Of a stretch of 64,000 nucleotides of DNA, positions 1 through 12,012 are shown piece by piece. The stretch comes from Oopsacas minuta (Eukaryota; Animalia; Porifera). The stretch covers positions 813,854 to 877,853 of the forward strand of contig JAKMXF010000066.1 of NCBI GenBank assembly GCA_024704765.1. The letters run 5' to 3'. Position 1 is the stretch's first letter. Each line of letters starts with the position of its first letter. Under the pieces are notes generated by a model. That model was not told where the DNA came from. It did no database searches and saw only the letters and a list, made by a program, of their open reading frames with translations. Made by a program: the position numbers and the translations under genes.

Positions 1-17
1 CTCTGCATAGTTCTAGT

Positions 18-1499
18 TTGATTCCGTGTGAGTTTTGTGATATAATGTTTGATTTTTCAGAGATTAAGGTACACCAAAATAAGTGTCCCAATCGGATCGG
101 CTCTGATTTCAGGGGTGCAGAAATCCCAATCCAATGTGGCATATGTGAACAATATTTTGAGGAACATGAAGTAGTTGAACATAGAAAGGGTTGCGTGACA
201 CAGCGACACCAACAACCACATTCAACTGCCAAGACATTTGATTCCAAATCAGAGAAAAAGAAATCTGAATTTTGTGATCGAGAAGTTAGTAGCCTTGAAA
301 GTCATTTTGATATTTGCTACGAAAAGCCTAGAAAATGCAAATATTGTCTGGAACCTGTCACAAGAAGTGAGATCTCAGATCATGAGAATACTTGTTCCTA
401 TCATCACTTTGATTCCAGACCCAATACTGACCTCCCGTTTAGCACCCCAGCTACTAAATTCGAGAAAAAGAAAAGCGATCCGATAACGAACAAATGTCCA
501 TTCTGTAACTTCCCTTACCCCAGTATTAATATGGAAAATCATAAAAACAATTGCGCTAAAAACCCGAAATTTCGCTATAAGTCTCCACCTCCTAACCGCA
601 CTTCTCCAGAGGTCAATTTGTCAAAGTCGTTGGGACCTCAGTCGCCGGTTTCACCTGGAATGGCGCCTAAGTTCCAGTATGATACGAACCCATTTCGGAG
701 CGAATCAAATTCACGCAAATTCCCAAGTACTGAACGAACCATGGATATTCTAAATTCGCCAGGTTTCCCGAGCAATGATTTGTCTAAATACAGAATATAC
801 TCAAACAGAGATCCGTCTCCTCGACAACAAACAACTAGTAAACAACAACAATTTGTGTCTCCTTATACAAAAGCACCATCACCAACTTCACTATTCAGAG
901 GCACAAATGAGAAAAGAATCGCTTTCTCTGATATCAAAGATAGCAAATCGGAACCAAAATTTGTACCCATAACAGATAATTATATGCCACAAAATCATGA
1001 ATTCAAATGTGAACTGAAACCACTTATTCCACAAGGCACAAGGAGCAATCTCAAGAAACCACCTCAAAAGCCATCACAGCTAAATTTCTTTGAGAAACAA
1101 CCGACAATTGGTAAACCACTTCTAACACCTACTCAGGACACAAAATTTATGATATTCGAGCCGTCAACAGAATTAAAGACTCGTTACACAGATACTAATG
1201 CTTCTGACAGACCACAAGCGACCACCCGCAAACAATCAACTGGGCAATACAAATATCCTCGACACAATTCGCCAGTTACAAACGAAAAATATCCAGATAG
1301 TTTTTACACTGACAAAAAGGAGATTAAGTACCCGCCGGGTGCAGGAAACAGTCGAGATAGCTATCCAAGAACATCCTCACAAAATCCCACCGAGACCATT
1401 GTGGACCCGCCGGACCATGTGACGCACAGGCGACCTTCGAATTACACTTTTGATGATCGCTATAAAGTTACTAAAAATCAAATTCATAATAAGTATTAA
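18..1499 (+). CDS. TRAF-type/XAF1-like C2HC zinc-finger protein, probably the 3' exon of a gene starting upstream of the window
   Basis: Repeated CxxC-x11-13-H-x3-C motifs (CEFC..HQNKC, CGIC..HRKGC, CKYC..HENTC, CPFC..HKNNC), then a Ser/Pro-rich tail. The ORF-track start is TTG just after an acceptor-like ctag, so the true start is unresolved. Confidence 0.6.
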   Translation: MIPCEFCDIMFDFSEIKVHQNKCPNRIGSDFRGAEIPIQCGICEQYFEEHEVVEHRKGCVTQRHQQPHSTAKTFDSKSEKKKSEFCDREVSSLESHFDICYEKPRKCKYCLEPVTRSEISDHENTCSYHHFDSRPNTDLPFSTPATKFEKKKSDPITNKCPFCNFPYPSINMENHKNNCAKNPKFRYKSPPPNRTSPEVNLSKSLGPQSPVSPGMAPKFQYDTNPFRSESNSRKFPSTERTMDILNSPGFPSNDLSKYRIYSNRDPSPRQQTTSKQQQFVSPYTKAPSPTSLFRGTNEKRIAFSDIKDSKSEPKFVPITDNYMPQNHEFKCELKPLIPQGTRSNLKKPPQKPSQLNFFEKQPTIGKPLLTPTQDTKFMIFEPSTELKTRYTDTNASDRPQATTRKQSTGQYKYPRHNSPVTNEKYPDSFYTDKKEIKYPPGAGNSRDSYPRTSSQNPTETIVDPPDHVTHRRPSNYTFDDRYKVTKNQIHNKY

Positions 1500-1911
1500 T
1501 AATCAGGTTATTATAGGTGTGATATTTTAGCTTAAAACCTATTGGTTGAATTAGTCTTAGTGGTATTTTTGATATAATCACGTCTGTCTGTTTGTTTGTT
1601 TGTTTGTTTGTTTATTTGTTTACTTATTCTTGATGTATTTATATATTTTAAAGTTACTAATTGAATTCAGTAGCGAATATTGGCAGTCTAACTTAAGTAA
1701 TGCAAAATTCCACAAATTTATCATTATTTGTGGCACAAAAGTGTCACCCTTTGTCTGCCACATTGGGCCACATATCAATGCTACCTTTTCGTGGTTATTT
1801 TTCAAAAAAGTGTCTGTCTGGATTTGACTGCTACTAACAGTAATTCACACATATCTAATACAACACTAAGTTTACTTTATCAGCTATTCTATTCAATCTT
1901 AAATTGGAACT

Positions 1912-2298
1912 ATGGCTGAAGATCAAAGCCCAACACGTACCATAGAGGAAGTGACCTCACGGACTGACACTCGAAATGAGATGCGGGCTAAATCTCGAAA
2001 AATGTTTGAAGATGTTAAAGTTTATGTACATGGAGAGATTGAGGCGAATGCCAGCGAATATGAGCTGTTAGAAAATATGAATAACGTGACAACAAGTAAA
2101 TACAAACATCTGACAATTAAGTGTAAAGAACTAAGTAAACAAACACAAACTCTGAATGAAACATATGAAGAATTGGCGCCATATTTCGCTATGATTAACC
2201 AATTAGATTCTAACTTAGGACAGCTGGAAATTGCTGTTATGAAACTGGACTCTGCTACTAAGCAAATAGAAAACAAATTCAAATCTCTGACAAAGTAA
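1912..2298 (+). CDS. BLOC1S2: BLOC-1 complex subunit 2, single exon
   Basis: MFEDVKVYVHGEI..EYELLENMNNVTTSKY..YEELAPYFAMINQLD..LEIAVMKLDSATKQIENKFKSL aligns along its length with recalled BLOC1S2. Confidence 0.9.
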   Translation: MAEDQSPTRTIEEVTSRTDTRNEMRAKSRKMFEDVKVYVHGEIEANASEYELLENMNNVTTSKYKHLTIKCKELSKQTQTLNETYEELAPYFAMINQLDSNLGQLEIAVMKLDSATKQIENKFKSLTK

Positions 2299-2363
2299 TT
2301 GGACTTATCCTAATTGTTGTTGTTGTTGTTGTTGTTATTATTATTTGTATATTGTTGTAGTGT

Positions 2364-2445
2364 AATATGAATAATCACCCGTCCAATGGTGCTAAAATAT
2401 GAATAATGACCCTTCTAAGGGTGCTAAAATATGAATAATGACCCC
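2364..2445. repeat. 32-bp tandem repeat, about 2.5 units
   Basis: Unit aatatgaataat(c/g)accc...ggtgctaa starts at 2364, 2396 and 2428. Confidence 0.85.
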
Positions 2446-2524
2446 GGTATATGATTATTGTTACTGACCCATATATTACATAGAAATATGATCAATACAT
2501 TAATGAGATCACAAATTCCATAAA

Positions 2525-5467
2525 ATGAGTATTCTCCCAATAATTTCTATTTGTTGTATCTCAGGCGACACAATTTTAGTGGCACAAGGCTCCAATCTCT
2601 CTTTATCTCAAGGTGGCAGAATTTATTCACGAAGTGTCCTATCAAATGGAACTATAATCCATGGTATAGTTCAATGTGGAACTAATTTTCTTGCATTTGG
2701 GCAGAAAGAATTTCAATTGATTGAAATATCTCACTTTAATATTTTCACACTTTTGTTCGATAATCCAATTAAGCTAACTGATTGGATAATTCACTGCCAC
2801 TTTTTGGCGGGTTTTGTATACATATTAACTATTCACAATGACTGTGTCATTTTCCACATTTCTGAGGGAAAAATTCTAGAAAATATCTGTGCACCAATTA
2901 GATCGATAATTTACTCAGGCGACACATTCGGACACAATTTTGACACCTTTCTTATCGCAGCTGGTACAGTGACCAATCAGATTTTACTTTGGAGGCCAAG
3001 TATAATTGATTCTAAACCAAGGAATCTGATTGGTCATGAAGGTGTTATTTTTAATATAAAGTTTAATCAAAATGGAACTAAGTTAGTTTCAGTTTCAGAT
3101 GATAGATCAGTTCGTGTTTGGAATTTGGAAAGTGAAAATGGGTCGTATTTAATCGCGACACTTTTTGGACATCTTTCTAGAATTTGGTGTGCAATATTTG
3201 TGCCTTTTACGAATGACACAAAAATAGTTTCAATTAGTGAGGATTCAACTTTGAAATTATGGTGTGTCGAAAAGTGTGAAAATATTCATACTTTCCATGG
3301 CCACAAGGGTAAGAGTATTTGGAGCATGGGCACTTCTCAAAGTGGCAGATATGTGTATACAGGTGGCAATGATTGTTCACTTAGAAAATGGAACTTAACA
3401 CCTTTTTTGAACTGTGAAGATGTGGAAATTGTCCTGAAGATACCCAATGAAATTGCAAGGATTGTCAATATGATGAATTCCAAAAATTGCCTTGTTTTAA
3501 CCAAAAGTGGGAAATTATGGCAAATTGAAACTAACACAAATAAAACGGAACTGGTTTATGAGAATATTTTATTTGCATCCTATAGTGTTATGTCGCTAAA
3601 TGCTGAAGGTGACAAAGTGGCACTAGGCGGCATAAAAGGCGATATCGTAGTGATAAATGTGTCGAATTGGAATGTCATACATCAAAGCAATATTTTCGGT
3701 GCTAAAATATTAAATTCGAAATGGTTTTCGAAATATTTAATTATTTCTTGTCAAAATGGAGAATTTATCATAGCGGATTTCTCGTGTGAAAGTGTCACAT
3801 TCAAACATTCCTTTCTCCTTCCGCATAGCAACCACAGATGGGTAACAGGTATTTGCATGTTTAAGAATGCTGGCTCGTTTGTTGTCGGAGATGGCAAAGG
3901 CTCACTTCATTTATTTTCTAATTTTGGGACTAAGTGTCCAATTCATAGTTTATTCAAAATCCATGGTCCAGATGGTCCAATCACTTCATTGCAGATTCAA
4001 TCAGGTTTTATATACTCAACTGGCCGCGACGGAAAACTCAAAATTATCCAAATTAATAACGAGAAATTAGTGTTGAAAAATTCTATACAAATATGCAGGA
4101 ACATTTCTTGGCTGGAAGGGGTCTATTTTGACCCCTGCGGACCAATTATAGCTATACTATTCCACGGGAATGAATTCTTATTGATCAATGCAAGAGATGA
4201 GACAATTATAATTCGTGTGGCATGTGGCGGAGGCCATAGAGGATGGGATATAAACCCATTTGAAGAGATCATAAAAGGAAAATTTTGTTTGAATTATATC
4301 AAATACCAAGAGGTCATTTCGGTAACTAAGGATATTGAGCCAATTATTAACCATGAGTTGTCCACACCTTTTTTGGGCAGAGAAGGTTTATGTGTCGCTG
4401 TCCTTCACACCTTTGATTGTGACACAATTTTATTAGCCGCAGGTGATGAGACTGGAAATATTTCAACTGTCAAGTGGTCGTTAAGGAATGGTATTAAGGT
4501 GTTAACTACTTTTCAGTGCCATATTGGTAATATTAATGCAATGGAAATCTGCCAATTTGAAAATGGTGAATTGTTTTTGTTTACATCAGGAGGGCGCGGA
4601 TTATTGAAGGTGTGGGAGGTAAACAAAAGTTGTTTACTTAATCCAAACTGCATTTTTGAGTATTATTTTTTTGGCGCTGAAGTTTCCGCCAAACCAATTT
4701 CAAAGCGGAAAGGCAAGAATTCGATTGGTCAGTCAGAAATTGATGATTTCAGGATTACAACTTTGAGTATTTGGCTCAGAAATGAATTTGGGAATTGTGT
4801 CGTGTTTTGTGGCTGTTCAGATGGTTTTATACGTGTGTATCACTTCTCACGCGACACAAAATTCACACCTATCTCTACCATAAAGCATTCAAATCGATGT
4901 GTACTTTCAAGTTGTTTATTATTAACCAAATTAGCACCTTTCTTGCTAACAGCTGCTACCGATGGAAAAATATATTTTTGGGAATTTACACCTTTGAAGT
5001 TATTTTTAGAATCACAAGATTATTCCAACCAATCAGATTTGCTGGTTAAAATGTCTGTTATTGATTGCCATCAATCCGGAACCAACTCAATTTCAGTTCT
5101 TTATAATTCTGTTCTAAATTTAGCAACTATTTCTTCAGTTGGTGACGATAATAAAATATGTGTAACATATGTATATACACATGACACCTCTGTAGAAGTT
5201 AGGCGCCAAATTTCGAATAATAGCGCCCATAATTCCTCAATAATGTCAGTAGAAATATTCAAATTTCAAGAAAATATTTTTCTGGTTACAGTTTCAAGAG
5301 ATCAGAAATTGAAACTATTTATAGTTACAGATATGGAACTTAAACTGGAACTAACTAGAGTTTTAGATGTAACTAATATATCGGGTATGGAATGTTTGGT
5401 GACCGATAGAGGTGTTAGAGTGTTTGTTATTGGTGAAGGCCTCCAGAGTTTGACTTTTCTTTTGTAG
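2525..5467 (+). CDS. WDR6: WD-repeat protein WDR6/Trm734-like (tRNA 2'-O-methylation cofactor), single exon
   Basis: 980 aa of WD40 repeats with family-typical segments AAGTVTNQILLW, GHEGVIFNI, SVSDDRSVRVW, LFGHLSRIW, GHKGKSIWS, CGGGHRGW, HQSGTNS. Confidence 0.85.
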   Translation: MSILPIISICCISGDTILVAQGSNLSLSQGGRIYSRSVLSNGTIIHGIVQCGTNFLAFGQKEFQLIEISHFNIFTLLFDNPIKLTDWIIHCHFLAGFVYILTIHNDCVIFHISEGKILENICAPIRSIIYSGDTFGHNFDTFLIAAGTVTNQILLWRPSIIDSKPRNLIGHEGVIFNIKFNQNGTKLVSVSDDRSVRVWNLESENGSYLIATLFGHLSRIWCAIFVPFTNDTKIVSISEDSTLKLWCVEKCENIHTFHGHKGKSIWSMGTSQSGRYVYTGGNDCSLRKWNLTPFLNCEDVEIVLKIPNEIARIVNMMNSKNCLVLTKSGKLWQIETNTNKTELVYENILFASYSVMSLNAEGDKVALGGIKGDIVVINVSNWNVIHQSNIFGAKILNSKWFSKYLIISCQNGEFIIADFSCESVTFKHSFLLPHSNHRWVTGICMFKNAGSFVVGDGKGSLHLFSNFGTKCPIHSLFKIHGPDGPITSLQIQSGFIYSTGRDGKLKIIQINNEKLVLKNSIQICRNISWLEGVYFDPCGPIIAILFHGNEFLLINARDETIIIRVACGGGHRGWDINPFEEIIKGKFCLNYIKYQEVISVTKDIEPIINHELSTPFLGREGLCVAVLHTFDCDTILLAAGDETGNISTVKWSLRNGIKVLTTFQCHIGNINAMEICQFENGELFLFTSGGRGLLKVWEVNKSCLLNPNCIFEYYFFGAEVSAKPISKRKGKNSIGQSEIDDFRITTLSIWLRNEFGNCVVFCGCSDGFIRVYHFSRDTKFTPISTIKHSNRCVLSSCLLLTKLAPFLLTAATDGKIYFWEFTPLKLFLESQDYSNQSDLLVKMSVIDCHQSGTNSISVLYNSVLNLATISSVGDDNKICVTYVYTHDTSVEVRRQISNNSAHNSSIMSVEIFKFQENIFLVTVSRDQKLKLFIVTDMELKLELTRVLDVTNISGMECLVTDRGVRVFVIGEGLQSLTFLL

Positions 5468-6690
5468 AATGTTGTTTTGTTTATTGTTTGTATTTACTTA
5501 AACCAATCAATTTACATTCTCAGAAAGGTGTTAAATCCACTTTCAATTCAACCAATAAATTATCAGCCTAACATGGACAATAAATATAGCCTTTGAGTTT
5601 CAATATATAGAAATTCCATAATGCCCGAGCGTTCAATAAGAAGTATGATTCGGACCGAATTTGGTTAGACAGATTGGCTAGTTATGTCAGTTGTTATAAT
5701 TGAATTATATTTATTAACCACATCACTGAAAGTGTTGTTAATAAACCAGTTTATTAGTCTGGCAATTGATTGTCCATGTTTAGCACTGTAATTAATAGCT
5801 TAGTTACTGAATGTATTTTTGGTATGTGGGTGGTTTCAAATTTGTGATATTTAAGCTTATCATTATGCTTCTTTATAAATGCCCAGTCATTCTCGAGTTT
5901 AGGCGCGTTTTGGTGAAGATAATTAAGTGTCAAAAAACAGGTTTTTACCGACACTCCAGCCGTTCTGTATAAACCAACGCTTATAGGAAATCGAGGCGGA
6001 TTTTCACACTTCATGATATGTTTCGTAACAACTCTCTAAGATATGCGGCAAATGTTCTTGACCTATCAGATTTGAGGATTTACATATATGGTGTAAACTG
6101 ACTTTCAATTGGTTAAAAGTTTGTAGTCATTTTAACACCTATACAGGCTGTGAATAGATTGGTAAACTAATTACACAATACCCAAACCATTAGCGACACA
6201 TAAGCTATGTACTGCATATACGAAATTTCAAAATTAACTTCTATTCCTTCTTTGTTCTTTGAACATGGTTTCTTACCAATTTAACCTATAATTAATTCAA
6301 AGCAACATTCTGCTAGTTCATATTGGAACTAACAACTATTTGGAACCATATTACGTTATCTGTAGCCATCATACCATTTTTTAGACAAAATATTGTCAAA
6401 TTTGAATATTTAGCTAAGAGGACTAAACTACAATCTAGTTATTTATCCATTGTAATTCCCTATTGGAGCATGAGACAGGAAGTGATCACATATGATCAAA
6501 TTCAATCCAAATCATTTTAGAATATTATGTGTAATTCTATTTTTAGTATCAATTTGCTTATATTGAAACTTATCTGTAATAGTCGTAATTAATATGACTA
6601 CTTTTGCGCGCCTATTTCCCTAACCAATCAAATTCCAGCCTCACATATGTTAAGCGCCATTACCTAACTTGTTATTCTATTAATATACTG

Positions 6691-6835
6691 TCCTCAAATC
6701 TGATAGGTCAACACACTTCGTCACCCATCTTAGAGAGCTTTTTAGATATCTATTAGATATTAGGATATGTTCCTTGATTTATCACATTCCACACACATTC
6801 CAAATTTCAAATTCATAGCTCTTTCCAGTTCCTTA
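6691..6835 (-). mobile_element. Dispersed repeat family A (MITE arm); partial inverted partner at ~6030-6080
   Basis: Reverse complement matches 18465-18595 and 44780-44915 (aagagcta..aatttgg..tgtgataaatc..ctctct(a/g)aga..gacctatcagat). Confidence 0.7.
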
Positions 6836-7458
6836 ATAAATTTTCCAATCCTGTGCATGAATTCTCTCCCACCTCTGCCATTACGTTTGTTGTTATTGGT
6901 TGACCCAAATAGGTTGTGGTGAATTTTCGCTCCAGTATATTTTAACCTTTTACTGTATCAGTTATAATTAAATTAGCCAGATTGAAACCTGGCCAACCTC
7001 ATCTAATACTGTTCAGCATTAAGTATTTTATTTGAGGTAAACCGAAGTTCAAATATTTTTTCAGTAAATATTTTTGGGAAGGAAGTTCTAAAGTTGTTGA
7101 AACAGATTTTATTGATTTACCATAATTGCTTTTTAAGAATTGTGGCATTTCCGAAGAATTGGGATATGTCGCATGACTCTACAGTAATTTCTCTGTTTCG
7201 TTAATAGTCACTTAGAACGTTATTTGATTCGTTGAAATCTTTCTAGCAAACATATGGTTTCATTCTATAAATCATTAATTGTGTTTTTGGACCATGGATA
7301 TGAGATCTTATCATTGCAACTTTAATTTTTGTATTTTAATTCAATTATTTGTTGCAAGTTTTCGATTATTTTTAAACTAAGGATTTTAGCTATTATGCGA
7401 GATTGGTACAGAATTGGTCCCCTTAATAATCGCTTCGAAAGGGGTTATCCAAAATTCC

Positions 7459-7550
7459 AAATACCAACGAGGTAACTATGGAAACTAGGATATAACTTAT
7501 CTTCCAAGGTCCCAGAAGCACGTTAGCGAGTTGCTGAATATATTAATGTA
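7459..7550 (+). repeat. Dispersed ~90-bp repeat; second copy at ~49783-49865
   Basis: Both sites share aaataccaacgaggtaac(t/c)atggaaact..cagaagcacgttag..gaatatatt. Confidence 0.7.
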
Positions 7551-7728
7551 TAGAATGCTATGATCCATGGTATGTAGTATGTGATTATATGTTATGTCCC
7601 CCGTGCAAAGGTGTTAAAATATGAATAATCAAGGTGTCAATATAATTTATTGTTCCATACATAGCATAGCATTTGCAAAATTATTTTCATCAATCATTGA
7701 AAAATAATTATATCTATAATATGTCGAA

Positions 7729-8055
7729 TTATGAAAAATCTTTATCTAATATTTCCAAGAGTTCTATCATTGCCATTTTGTGTTTTATTTCTTCAATTTC
7801 CTCTTCCAAGGTCATTGCCTCGTCCAACAAATTATCTCTTTCATTCTCAAGTTCAATCAATTCGATTTTCTGCCTTTTACTCGATTCATTTCTGTATTTT
7901 CGCATTTTTATTCTTCTACGAATACTTTTCAATTCTTTTATATCTTTTTTCGGTATTAATTTTTCCATAAGTAAGGTGTTAAGCGCCATAATATCCATAG
8001 ATACCACTTCCTCCCGGTTTAAGCCATACTTCCTCAAGACTTCAAAATCAGACAT
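7729..8055 (-). CDS. Small Maf-like bZIP protein with a divergent basic region
   Basis: Maf extended-homology-like segment (EEVVSMDIMALNTLL..DIKELKSIRRRIK) followed by a heptad zipper. True ATG at 8055; the ORF track starts at an upstream TTG. Confidence 0.65.
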   Translation of the reverse strand: MSDFEVLRKYGLNREEVVSMDIMALNTLLMEKLIPKKDIKELKSIRRRIKMRKYRNESSKRQKIELIELENERDNLLDEAMTLEEEIEEIKHKMAMIELLEILDKDFS

Positions 8056-9797
8056 CAACTTTTTAAAGTGTCAAAATAGCAAATTTGTTTTTTATTTAGA
8101 ACGCTTCAAATTAGCTTCTATATATAATGCACGTAGTTCTAAATTTAGCTACTTTCATCTATTCTCATACAAACTCATTTGGCAATTATTATCTAATATT
8201 TTCCAATATTTTCTAAGTGGATTTTCACCATTGACGTACGATTACTGTATGTGTGTCCTGTTTACGTGATTAATTGGAATGACACTATTTGTAAGCTAAA
8301 TTTAGGATTTTGGCAACTTTTTTGGTTTATTATTGTTTTTATGTTTTGTTTACAACTTTTTTGAATGTATTCACATATTATTTATTCCATCATATTCACT
8401 TAAATTTAGCTGATTTTTTTGGAAACTTATTTGTCACAAAGTTATGAAATTTGATCATATTTAACGTTATATACCTTTCCTTATAGGCTCGTATTCTATT
8501 GGCCAATTCACGATAGTATGGGAATTCATAGACAAAATTAAGGGATTCTATTGGGTTACTACAGCTGTGATTCATTTAGAAATCAGCCAATAGGAACCTA
8601 CTCTATATTATAGGCACATTAAGCACCTTATTTGTCAGATGCCCGATTTTCGTGTCAATTTGGACCAAGGAGTATTTGGCCCTATTAACCGGAACTAAGT
8701 GGTTGGAGTAATTAGACACCTTTGGAATAGTTAGTTCCAATTTAATTTACCCAATTAACCCTGTGGCATTTGAATATAACCGGAATCGATAATGGTATCA
8801 CAAATTCTTAGGGGATCTAGCGAACTCCAGGGGGACAACGACGATGGGTACAAGCCCCCCTCATCAGAGGCGTTATAATATGAAACTTACTCCTGACTAC
8901 AGCTACGATAATTATGATCTATCTCAAACTTAATCAGATCTAATTTATTTCATTAATATATATAATTATCTTACCACCATAGGCTGATGCCATGATACCG
9001 CCATTGGCAACTTATCAACGTAGATTCACTTTCACAACTGCTATTTATCTATTTTGATGTCATTAATATTATCCATATATTATTATTCTATTATGTAATC
9101 ATTGAAAGTCATTATCTTAAAATAAACACATTAATTAGTTCATAATAATGAAATTCAAATTTTATTTCCTTTTCAAAAGTATCTAATTTATGATTTCATA
9201 TATTGCGTTGAAGCTAATGAAGTGATAGTTCCAATTTGATATTTGTCTGTTAGAGTACAGAGTGGGTCAAATACCGCAAGTTTTCTTGTATTCGCGTACT
9301 TTGCTAATAGCCGAATTCCACTGTACGTAAGCTATTTGTGTGTCATGTTAATATCATACTGTCACTTTTCTGCTAAACATTCCAATCAATAAACGTCCAA
9401 AAATTGGGAAATAGTGGCCTTAGTGTAGCGGTCCCAACCCGGGTGTCATGGATCACTTGGTGGTTTCATGGGGTGTACACAGGATCTCAGTACATACAGT
9501 ATATGCCCAGTATAAGAACATTCTTAGTGTAGTTCTAAGATGTTTGTAGAATTTGGCTGAAGATATATATATATATATATATATTTATCAGACATGGGAA
9601 TACTTAAATATGGTTTCTACATCCTAAGTGTTTACATAAAGTGTTTTCATATCCGGCATCTACTTTACTAATAACATTATGTCCAATTCCCGACGAAGTA
9701 ACCGCCATTCACTGTACAAGTTTGGGAGGATTGTGTATAACATTACGGGACCATAGATTTACTTATCTCTATACAAACTAGTGCAAATTTATGTAAA

Positions 9798-10605
9798 ATG
9801 GTGGAATCTGCTACGAAACTCGATCTCAGATGTTCTGTGTGTTTTGACGAAAAGTCCTGGCAGGAGAATCCTCTCGTAACTTGTACAGAATGTAGTTTAA
9901 CCGTCCATCAGGCTTGTTACGGGATTTTATTGATACCACAGGGAAGTTGGTTATGCCAAACGTGTGAATCCCAAGAGAGAATGGCGCGTGTGAAGTGTGA
10001 ATTGTGTCCGTTGAAAGGTGGCGCTTTGAAGAAGACAGATACGAACGGATGGGCACATGTGGTTTGTGCATTGTACATACCTGAGGTCAGATTTGCGGAC
10101 ACTCGGACAATGGAACCTATTATAATTTCAAGAATTCCGCGTGAAAAATTCTCAAAAAGTTGTCATATTTGTGATGAAGGCAATCAGGAGAGGAAGGCCA
10201 TTTTTGGCGCCTGTATGAACTGTAATTGGTCCAATTGTAAGATATCATTTCATGTCACGTGTGGGCAGAAATTCGGCCTATTGACAGAAGAGGAGGACAG
10301 TCGAGACGGGAGTTCAGTCCGTTATTGTGGATACTGTCCTACACATCTGACTAGAATCGCTATGAATGATAGACGAAAGACTATTACTTCATCTGCCATC
10401 AACACCTCGACACTTTGTGACACAAAATTGGCACCTAATAAACGAAAAGTAACTTCTAACCATGAGGGGACGAAATCAAAACGCCCTACTTACAAACATT
10501 CCGATAGTTCTGATCTCTCTCCTTCCAGAGAGTACACAGATTCCGAAAGTTCAAGTGAAGTTCCCAAACAAAAGGTGTCACATAAAAAGATATTAAATAA
10601 ACACG

Positions 10606-10637
<32 letters not shown>

Positions 10638-11288
10638 GCAGCAACAACAACAAACAAGCAAAAACACAAAGTAAACAAAGATCGAAAAGAGACAGTTATC
10701 AAATCAAAAGTTCATCCTTTATCGAGACATCTCAGTAAAACATACTCACAATCGGAACTAAGACAAAAGGTGATAGTTCCAGATAGTTTAGAGAAGATGC
10801 TTGACAAACAGTGGGAGCAGACAAGTGAGTTTATTTGTAATCAGGGTACACGATTAGGGGAGATTGACACCCTCTTAACCTCCCTACACCGGCTACAAAA
10901 TGAAAATAATGACCTTAGAAATTCCATGCATACTTTATCAATAAAAACAGATAGATACCAATCCTCCAATCTGTATCTAAGCAGTTTATTAACTATGCAT
11001 GCTGTAGGACAGATTTCTCTAAAAATTCCACAATTCAAACCGCCAGAAATTTGCCCGCCAAAAATAAATAAACCGCGTAAAAGAATTTCTAAAGATCTTA
11101 AATGTAAAATTACAAAGCGAAGAAGTAAAAAACTTTCTGAGTTATCACCTCTGAAAGATAAACAAACTTGTCAAGAAGATCGTCAACAAAAAGTAGAACT
11201 ATCACCTCAAGAAAATATACAAATCGAGCCACTAAATTCTCAATTGGAACCAACTAATTCCAAACCGGAACTAACACCTGAAGATTAG
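9798..11288 (+). CDS. MLLT10: AF10/AF17-like PHD-zinc knuckle-PHD protein with OM-LZ (DOT1L-binding) region, single exon
   Basis: CSVCFDEKSWQENPLV..VHQACYGI..CESQERMARVKCELCP..GWAHVVCALYIPEV, plus LEKMLDKQW..LLTSLHRLQNEN matching the AF10 OM-LZ. Poly-Thr comes from an (ACA)n repeat. Confidence 0.92.
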
Positions 11289-12012
11289 CGACAAACTTTT
11301 TAAACTTTAAACAAACACATCTAATTTGAATTATATTTATACTTGTGATTGTTTATCTTAATATTAATATTAATTCAATGAACTATTTGTATATTTTCTT
11401 ATTATATTAATGGACTATGGATAATAGAGAATATTTCTATTCATTAGCAATTTTCTTAATGTGGCAGTTAGTTATGGCTTTTTGCCACTTTCAATATCAC
11501 CCAAAGGATGTAGCCAAATAGCTAAGACCTATAGGGTAACCAGGGGCGAATTCTCATAATTGACTCGAATTAAATGATCAAATATCCATGGTTATCTTCT
11601 ATACACTAAGTGGTTCTTATTTCTGTGCAGAAAAATAAGTTTTCGCTCTGCTGTTCACACCTTTAGAGATTAAGACACCAAATTCGGCATGTATACTCAT
11701 AGTGACATCTAGTTGTGCACCTTACATTTGAAAAATTTCTAATGTGTATATTTTTTCACACCTTTTGACACCTCTCTGATTTAAAATTAACTTGGTAAAA
11801 TTTAAATCAGCATAGACGGTGATTTGAGAGTTTATTTATTTTCTAAATGCTCAGGTTACTCCCAAAAATAGTTCTCTATTGTCCGCTCCTGATCCCCTGA
11901 TCCCCATAGGATGATTTTCTCATAAACACCTCAAAATATACGTAAATATCTTTTATTTGTAGTTGGTAATAAATCGGAAAAATCCTATGAATTTATTTTA
12001 ACTAATACTAAT

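Noticed and set aside
7673-8269. 198-aa + strand ORF (and 7731-7970)
   Set aside because: Antisense shadow of the bZIP gene; Ser/Phe/Ile-rich with a TTG start and no motifs.
9417-9445. tagtgtagcggt resembling a tRNA A-box
   Set aside because: No cloverleaf or T-arm follows; it fits a decayed hAT MITE end better.
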